Shown: positions 57,979 through 64,000 of the stretch, piece by piece | Layout: every line of letters starts with the position of its first letter | Numbering within the stretch: position 1 is the first letter of the stretch | NCBI GenBank assembly: GCA_963753345.1 | Contig: CAVWBU010000049.1 | Coordinates: forward strand, 160,001-224,000 | Source: an uncultured Fibrobacterota bacterium | GTDB lineage: Bacteria > Fibrobacterota > Chitinivibrionia > Chitinivibrionales > FEN-1185 | Length of the DNA stretch: 64,000 nt | Direction: 5' to 3' | Notes under the pieces: generated by a model | Databases searched by the model: none | What the model was told of the DNA's origin: nothing | The model's input: the letters and a program-made list of their open reading frames with translations, nothing else | Position numbers and translations under genes: made by a program

Positions 57979-58899
57979 TTATTCCGGATGGTATTCTAGT
58001 AGCGTCTTTACATGAGCGCACACCGCCCCCGCAAGGTCTTCCGGTGTGTAGCCGCCTTCGAGCACCGAAACTATTCTGTCATTGGAATGTGTATGTGCGA
58101 TGTCCATCACGATTCTTGTCAGATGCGCAAACCCCTCGTCCGATAGGACAAAACAGCCGAGCTTGTCGTTCGCATGGCCGTCGAATCCCGCGGAAACGAA
58201 TACAAAGTCAGGCTTGAACCCGTTCGCCCGCGGAACGAGCATGTCGGTGAATACCTTGACAAAATCCTCATCACCGGAGCCGGCCGGCATGTGCACGTTG
58301 ATGTTGAAGCCGCGACCGGCGCCTTCGCCTTCACGTTCGGGAAATCCGGTGCCTGGGTAGGCGAGCGCGTAGTGCGTGGAAAAATAAAGCACGGTCGGGT
58401 CTGTGTAGAATGCGGCCTCGGTGCCGTTTCCATGGTGAAAGTCCCAGTCGACAATGAGGATCTTCGGTTTTTTGCAGACTTCCTGAGCGTATCTCGCGGC
58501 GATCGCTACGTTGTTGTAGAAACAGAAACCTTCCTCCTGCCCCGTGTTGAGCGCATGATGCCCGGGCGGCCGCATGGCGCAGAACGCGTTGCGCGCTGTG
58601 CCTTCGCACACGGCCTTGACGGCCGCGAGCGCGCCGCCCACGGCAAGCTCGGCAATCGGGCCGATGGTTCTTATCCCTTGGATGGATTTGACATGCGCAT
58701 CGGAATGGATTTTTCGGATGTGCGGAACGACGTTGGCAAGCGGGAAGAGCCTGATAACCTGTTTGTCAAGCCCGGTCTCGGCCATTTTCGCCTTGATCGC
58801 CGCCAGACGCTCCGGGCTTTCCGGATGGCCAAAGTCAAGCTCGTAGCCCATGCAGGCGTCTTCGAACACGTAACCGGTTATGTGAGCGGATTTTGACAT
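57979..58899 (-). CDS. Histone deacetylase-family amidohydrolase
   Basis: HPESPERL, RPPGHHA, GFC.YNN, DWD.HHGNGT, SAGFD.H, LEGGY. Confidence 0.95.
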   Translation of the reverse strand: MSKSAHITGYVFEDACMGYELDFGHPESPERLAAIKAKMAETGLDKQVIRLFPLANVVPHIRKIHSDAHVKSIQGIRTIGPIAELAVGGALAAVKAVCEGTARNAFCAMRPPGHHALNTGQEEGFCFYNNVAIAARYAQEVCKKPKILIVDWDFHHGNGTEAAFYTDPTVLYFSTHYALAYPGTGFPEREGEGAGRGFNINVHMPAGSGDEDFVKVFTDMLVPRANGFKPDFVFVSAGFDGHANDKLGCFVLSDEGFAHLTRIVMDIAHTHSNDRIVSVLEGGYTPEDLAGAVCAHVKTLLEYHPE

Positions 58900-59033
58900 A
58901 AGGGTATCCTGCTAAGATGCCTTGTAGTATTGTTGAACTAAAAATAATGTTTAGGCGACTATCCAATTGCATAAATGAACTCGGGAAAGTACTGTTGAAA
59001 GCCCATAAAAGATCCGACAACAAAGAAGGCCGC

Positions 59034-60254
59034 ATGAGAAAAACGATTGTTTTGACGGCAGCAGCTGTTTTGTTATGTTTCACCTGGCGGGTTAATGCGG
59101 ACACGCCGCTGCGTCTCATGCTTGAGGTTGAGCCGGTAGTCGATACGATGACAGCCGGTGATTCCGCCACGTTTACTGGAACGGTCATTGACAATATGGA
59201 CGTAATCCATCACGAGTTCGACACGTGCATTCATTGGAGCATGCAGCCTGCAGATAGCAAGAGCAGGCTCAGCACTACCACCGGCAGCCAAGTTACCTAT
59301 TATGCTATTGAGGCTTACCAGCGGAATTTTATCGTCACCAGTTTTACAGATCCGGCTTCCGGCAGAACGCTTGTCAGTGCCGATACGATTTATGTCAAAC
59401 CAGGCATGGCGTATCGCGAATTCATTGAGCGGTATCCCCTTAGCGGCCTCTCATCGTTATCCGCTCCGATGGACTCCATTGTGCTGTCGCCGCCCACCGA
59501 CACTCTGAGGGAGATTGCCGCGGTATTCCGTGACAAGTATGGTAATTTCCTTGGCTTCGACTCCGGCGTGACGTGGCAGGTGCCGAATGACAGCGGCATT
59601 ATCAGGATAGAAACACCGCCGGACACGCCGTATGTCTGCCGCATCGAATCGAGGAAGTCCGGAGTGACGTATGTCGTGTGCAGGAAGGCCGGCTTGACAA
59701 TAGGGACGATGAAGGTGATGGTACGGACCGGCAGCCCCGCTCCGAACCCCGACATTGTGAAGGTCAGGGTGATTAATGCCTTAACCGACGTGCCGGTTGA
59801 TTCCGTTGTCCTGATTCTCGGTCAGAACATCACGTTGCAATTGCAGGGGGTGTTGTATCCCGACTCCGCCACCTGGGTTGATATCTATGGAACTTGGGTG
59901 TTCGATCCTCACATTCCATCCATGGACCAGCTTCCACTCAGTTACAGTTTCATTACTTTCAGCGCGACAGACACGGGATCGTGGACGCTTTCCATTCTTG
60001 TTCCGTCTGCCGCGCAGGGAGCCGCGGTCGGGCCGATTCACCTCCGGGTGGTGCAGAACAGCAACAAGGTCATCAATCAATACCATCAATTGACAATAGG
60101 ACAAAAACAGGTTGTCCGCGAATACTATAGCCTTCGCGGACAGAAACTGCCCTTTTACGGCGTCGGCCATGCTGAGGGGATTGTTTTGGAGCGAATCATT
60201 CAATCTGATGGAAAGTCAACAATCAGGAAATCGATTAACAAAAGTACGTTTTGA
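59034..60254 (+). CDS. Secreted Ig-like domain protein with 'YSLRGQK' tail
   Basis: Signal peptide ending VNA; module and tail shared with 60278-61960. Confidence 0.8.
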   Translation: MRKTIVLTAAAVLLCFTWRVNADTPLRLMLEVEPVVDTMTAGDSATFTGTVIDNMDVIHHEFDTCIHWSMQPADSKSRLSTTTGSQVTYYAIEAYQRNFIVTSFTDPASGRTLVSADTIYVKPGMAYREFIERYPLSGLSSLSAPMDSIVLSPPTDTLREIAAVFRDKYGNFLGFDSGVTWQVPNDSGIIRIETPPDTPYVCRIESRKSGVTYVVCRKAGLTIGTMKVMVRTGSPAPNPDIVKVRVINALTDVPVDSVVLILGQNITLQLQGVLYPDSATWVDIYGTWVFDPHIPSMDQLPLSYSFITFSATDTGSWTLSILVPSAAQGAAVGPIHLRVVQNSNKVINQYHQLTIGQKQVVREYYSLRGQKLPFYGVGHAEGIVLERIIQSDGKSTIRKSINKSTF

Positions 60255-60277
60255 TAAGACCAGGCAGGAGGCGCTGC

Positions 60278-61960
60278 ATGACAAGGACTGGAATGATTTG
60301 CAAAGGAGTGGTTGTTTGCACCGTGGTTTTTCTCCTTGTAAATCCTACATGGGCTCAGGCTATGTATCCTCCCACCATGAAAAGACCGGTCACGTATTTC
60401 GACTTCCATCCCGACGGTTCCTGCCCGGACTTCAATCCCGGCACAAACCCCTCACTGTTGCTCCGGCACATGGTCGCCGACACGCTCGGCAGCGACAGCC
60501 TTCCCGCGCGAGGCGATTCCGTTCTGTACAGTTGGGAAATGGGGAAGTGGTTCAGGCCCTGGCGGCAGGGCAACGATTTTGAGCGGCCCGTGTACACCCA
60601 GAACGGACGCGTCGTGGCGAACCTTTCCACGGCCTTGTTCGACACGTCGTACAAGAACATGGTTTTCAACGATACGCTCACGTTCACCTACATTCCCGGC
60701 TCGGCGGGACTGTACCGGTATTCGAACGCCGCGTTCTGGCCGCTTGACAACAGGGGATTCGGCAACGAGCCGGCGAAAGGGTACAACGGAACGCTTATCA
60801 ACCCTGCGCCGCACAATTACTCCTTTGCAATGCATATGAAATACGCTTTCAGGTATTCGGCCGGCCTTGCCTTTGCTTTCGGCGGCAATGACGACATCTG
60901 GGTGTTTGTCAACCATAGGCTTGTGATTGACCTTGGAGGAATCCACGAAAACGCCTCGGATTCAATTGTTCTTGATTCCGACGCGGCCAATCGGTTGGGG
61001 CTGAACCCGGGCACTACGTACGATTTGGACATCTTCTGCGCCCAGCGCCAGGCCGACCAGTCGTCGATGGTCATGACCGTGCCCATTCTGATTCCTGTCG
61101 AACCGGTTCGTCTGATGATAAGTCTCGTTCCCAGCATCGACACCATTGCACCGGGCGGAGATTCCATCCCGATGCAGGCGATGATTTACGACGATACGGG
61201 CGGGCGCCATCCCGACCTTGCCGATTCAATTGCATGGACGCTTACGCCGACCGGAACCCGCAATTATCTCAAGTATTCAAAGGGTGCGGCGAATGTAGTC
61301 TATGTGCTCGACCCTTACACGTGGTTGACGGTTGCCGTCAGGTATCAGATTAATCCCGACTTGGTTCTCGTTGACTCGGCACGGTTTTATCTGAAGCCTT
61401 CGGTGGCACACAAATTGTTCATTGAGTCGGACACCGTCAATTGTTCGGGCTCGGGTGCCTTACAAGGGTGTTTTGCGCCTTCACCGTTGGATTCCATCGT
61501 TTTTTCCGGCGCCGTTGTCCAGAAAACCGCGGTGGCCATAGTTCGGGACACTTTCGGTAATTTTACCAGGTATTCGGCGACCGGTGAATGGAAATTGCTT
61601 TCCGGCAATGATGAGGTCAGCCTTTCGTTCCCGAAGGAACCGTATATCGCGCTTGTCCAGGCGATAAAGCCAGGGACTGCTTTTATGGAAGTGACTGACA
61701 CAGCGGGCGGCTTGACAATAAAGGATACCGTCAAAGTCATCGTGAAGGATGATATCGTTTCTGTAAAGTCGCATGGCGCGCCGCTTGAGACGTTCGGGAA
61801 AAATCGAGGAAAGCCGATCAGCGAATTCTTCAACCTCCGCGGCCAGAGGCTGCCTTCAAACTTGTACGGCATCTCCCGCACCGACGGCATCGTGCTTGAG
61901 CGGATAATCGATCCAACGGGAAAGATGAGCGTGAAGAAAAGTTTCGTCCCGAGTCCCTGA
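60278..61960 (+). CDS. Fibro-slime/PA14-domain secreted protein
   Basis: FDFH.D..CPDF, FWPLD.RGFG, HNYSF, F.F.G.DD.WVFVN.RLVIDLGGIH; AGGAGG RBS. Confidence 0.88.
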   Translation: MTRTGMICKGVVVCTVVFLLVNPTWAQAMYPPTMKRPVTYFDFHPDGSCPDFNPGTNPSLLLRHMVADTLGSDSLPARGDSVLYSWEMGKWFRPWRQGNDFERPVYTQNGRVVANLSTALFDTSYKNMVFNDTLTFTYIPGSAGLYRYSNAAFWPLDNRGFGNEPAKGYNGTLINPAPHNYSFAMHMKYAFRYSAGLAFAFGGNDDIWVFVNHRLVIDLGGIHENASDSIVLDSDAANRLGLNPGTTYDLDIFCAQRQADQSSMVMTVPILIPVEPVRLMISLVPSIDTIAPGGDSIPMQAMIYDDTGGRHPDLADSIAWTLTPTGTRNYLKYSKGAANVVYVLDPYTWLTVAVRYQINPDLVLVDSARFYLKPSVAHKLFIESDTVNCSGSGALQGCFAPSPLDSIVFSGAVVQKTAVAIVRDTFGNFTRYSATGEWKLLSGNDEVSLSFPKEPYIALVQAIKPGTAFMEVTDTAGGLTIKDTVKVIVKDDIVSVKSHGAPLETFGKNRGKPISEFFNLRGQRLPSNLYGISRTDGIVLERIIDPTGKMSVKKSFVPSP

Positions 61961-62166
61961 GAAGTTTTGGGAAGTGACAAAGTAATAAATTGATAGAGTG
62001 ACAAAGGGCAAACCAGTCGGGGGATGCGAAGCATCATTCTGTTCGGACGATTTGTCAAGAGCAAACCTCTACTTACTTCCTAACAACTCTCGCTCGTGGG
62101 TGCCGGGAAAGGATCCCACGGGACAGAACAAAGTGTAGAATGCTCAGTGTATTTGTTTTCGCTCAA

Positions 62167-62311
62167 GGGCGACTGATCCACGCTAGAGCGGGATGCTGCC
62201 CGGACCGGCCCTGTGGGCCAATAGGACCGTGGCAGCCGAGCCTTGGCGTGACCGAGGAGAGCCGGTGCCGAGGGTAGGGCCGAGGCCTGGGAGAGAGCTT
62301 CTCTCCCCCGA
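62167..62311. repeat. Chimeric repeat: part of arm B joined to the inverted start of arm A
   Basis: GGGCGACTG..AGCGGGATGCTGCCCGG..CCGTGGCAGC followed by GCCGAGGCC.GGGAGAGAGCTTCTCTCCCCC. Confidence 0.65.
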
Positions 62312-62323
62312 GATTTGTTATCC

Positions 62324-63503
62324 TTAGATGCTCTCCAGTCAATATTTTCCTCAATTCATCCTTCTCCAGCTTCGCCGGATTGTTCTTGTTGTCCGTCCTG
62401 TCAACTATCGCATCAACTGACGATGCGGTGACTCCAAATTTCCCCAGCTTCGGTATTTTCAAAACCCGCGCATATTCTTCGACTTTCTCTATCAGCATGT
62501 CGCAGGTCTCCCTTGCCGTGCCGCGCCGCTTGCCGCACAGGATTTCTCCGGCCCTGGCGTACTTGACAAGATGAGGCAACCCCGCCTCGGTCCGGGAAAG
62601 CGCGCGGATTGTTCTCCGAAGACATGGAGCAAGCAATGCTCCGCATACCACGCCATGCGGAACGGAAAACAATCCGCCTATCGACGACGCGAACCCGTGC
62701 ACCACGCCCAGTCCCGCGTTGGCGAGCGCCATGCCCGACATGAGCGCGGCGTAGGAGAGGTCCGCGCGCACGGCAATGTCCCGGCCTGCGCTCGTGCACG
62801 CAGGCACAAGGCTGTTCCTTATTCGCTCCAAACCGCTTTGCGCGAGTGCGTCGGTGAGCATGGACGCCTTTGTCGAAACGTACGATTCGAGAAGCTGGGT
62901 GAGCGCGTCAAGGCCGCAGGCCGCGGTAATGCCCGGCGGACAAGACACGGTGAGGCAGGGATCGACGACCGCAACATCGGGCATGAAATTGTCGTGACGC
63001 AGCGACTTTTTGAAACCGTTCGGGCCCACCCTGCTTATCACGGCGTTTCTGGTGGCCTCGCAGCCGGTGCCGGCCGTGGTCGGGACGGCCACAAAAGGCG
63101 CCTTGGTTCCCGGGTGAACCCTGGTGCCGACGTCTTCGAGATAGTCGGCCACGGTTCCGTCCACGCGGAGCATGGCCGAAATCGCCTTGCCCGCGTCTAT
63201 GACGCTGCCGCCGCCCGCCGAAAGCACCGCGTCGATGCCGCGGTTCCGGTTGGCGTCCACTGCGCCGTCGATGTCCTCGGGAGAGGGCTCGCCGGAAATT
63301 TCCCATTCGTAAAGTTCGACGGACGCCTTGGCAAGGCTGTCCGCGATTGCGGCGCAGGCGCCGGAGCGCGAAAGCGAATTCCTGCCGCGCACCAGGAGCG
63401 CCTTTTTTCCCAGGCCCGAAATAATTGTTCCCAGGCCGTTCGCAGCGTTCGGGCCGAAGTGAATGCACGGGATGCGGGCAAACCGGAACGGATTTATTTC
63501 CAT
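62324..63503 (-). CDS. Iron-containing alcohol dehydrogenase; probable +1 base near 62339 hides the stop at 62324-62326
   Basis: GEPS, GGGSVIDAGKA, VPTTAGTG.EAT, DALTQLLE.Y, GLGVVHG, PHG. Confidence 0.92.
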
Positions 63504-63805
63504 TTGTCCTTTTCAAGAGGGCAAATTACTGCATAGGGAACGCCTTCGCGTGGTTTTTGCATCCAGGGTTCCACGGTTTTCTTCCACTCGATATAATGAG
63601 GAGTTGTCTTGTGCGCGGCGGCGTCCTCGTCCGATTCGTAGGCTTCGTAGAGCATGAATCGGCTCGGGTCCTCGGCGCTCTGCAAAACGTCGAAGCGCAG
63701 ATTGCCGGGTTCGCGCACCGAAGCTTCGTGATTCTTGACGGTCGCTTCGATGAAGCGGGTGATGGCGTCGGGTTTCACCTGGACCATGACGCTCGTGACG
63801 ACCAT
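63494..63805 (-). CDS. ABM-domain (putative quinol monooxygenase / LsrG-like) protein
   Basis: VKP...F.EAT..N...S..EPGNLRFDVLQ, LYEAY, HK.TPHY; AAGGAGG RBS. Confidence 0.88.
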   Translation of the reverse strand: MVVTSVMVQVKPDAITRFIEATVKNHEASVREPGNLRFDVLQSAEDPSRFMLYEAYESDEDAAAHKTTPHYIEWKKTVEPWMQKPREGVPYAVICPLEKDKWK

Positions 63806-63984
63806 AAGCGGCCTCCTTGCGGGAAATATTGCGGTCGGCTTTGATGCCGGGCGCTAAAGGGTTCTGCCGGGCATTTGAAACAAATATAAATACGTGAAAA
63901 ACTGGTGTACGACATTTTTTTTTAATATATTTAGGGGGTGGGACTGGGATCGATGAAGAAGTCCTGATTCCGGGGGGGATTTTA

Positions 63985-63998
63985 TTAATCGGTTAACC
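63985..63998. promoter_or_regulatory. Putative LacI-family operator, identical to 3428-3441
   Basis: TTAATCGGTTAACC downstream of an AT-rich -10-like region. Confidence 0.4.
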
Positions 63999-64000
63999 CA

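Noticed and set aside
62163..62323. C-terminal extension of the alcohol dehydrogenase
   Set aside because: It runs through a repeat element; removing one base at ~62339 gives a normal end (ILLESI*)
63934..64000. GGGGGTGGGACTGGGATCGAT resembles a tmRNA 5' end; alternatively a frameshifted MKKVLIPGG signal peptide
   Set aside because: The TCGAC consensus is not matched, the 3' half is outside the window, the CDS reading needs two corrections, and an operator-like palindrome follows, which suggests a plain leader

Overview
Bacterial chromosomal window, GC-rich in core genes with several AT-rich islets. Gene content (fibro-slime/PA14 protein, many secreted proteins with T9SS-like C-terminal tags, GH3/GH2/GH74-like enzymes) suggests a polysaccharide-degrading member of Fibrobacterota such as Chitinivibrionia (inference). 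Housekeeping genes include ftsZ (3' part), lspA, two pseudouridine synthases, mutY, a PPK2/PAP enzyme, tRNA-Leu(CAG), mutL, mtaB, ftsY, tsaD, nifU and a TIGR03960/TIGR03936-like radical SAM fusion. Accessory content includes an XhoI/PaeR7I-like restriction-modification pair and c-di-GMP signalling genes. Seven apparent net +1 frameshifts in six genes most likely reflect consensus errors. The most notable structure is a modular family of intergenic elements (A arm, AGTTGA tandem spacer, B arm) with compensatory base changes; two mirror-image composites bracket an acyl-CoA synthetase-ACP-acyltransferase plus MFS gene pair. Also notable are a stand-alone 'signal peptide + CTD' gene heading two CTD-less GH3 paralogues, a secreted micro-protein ending in WSKIKDLFR, and a pseudo-receiver followed by an unlisted 55-aa zinc-finger ORF. 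All calls are by eye, without database searches.
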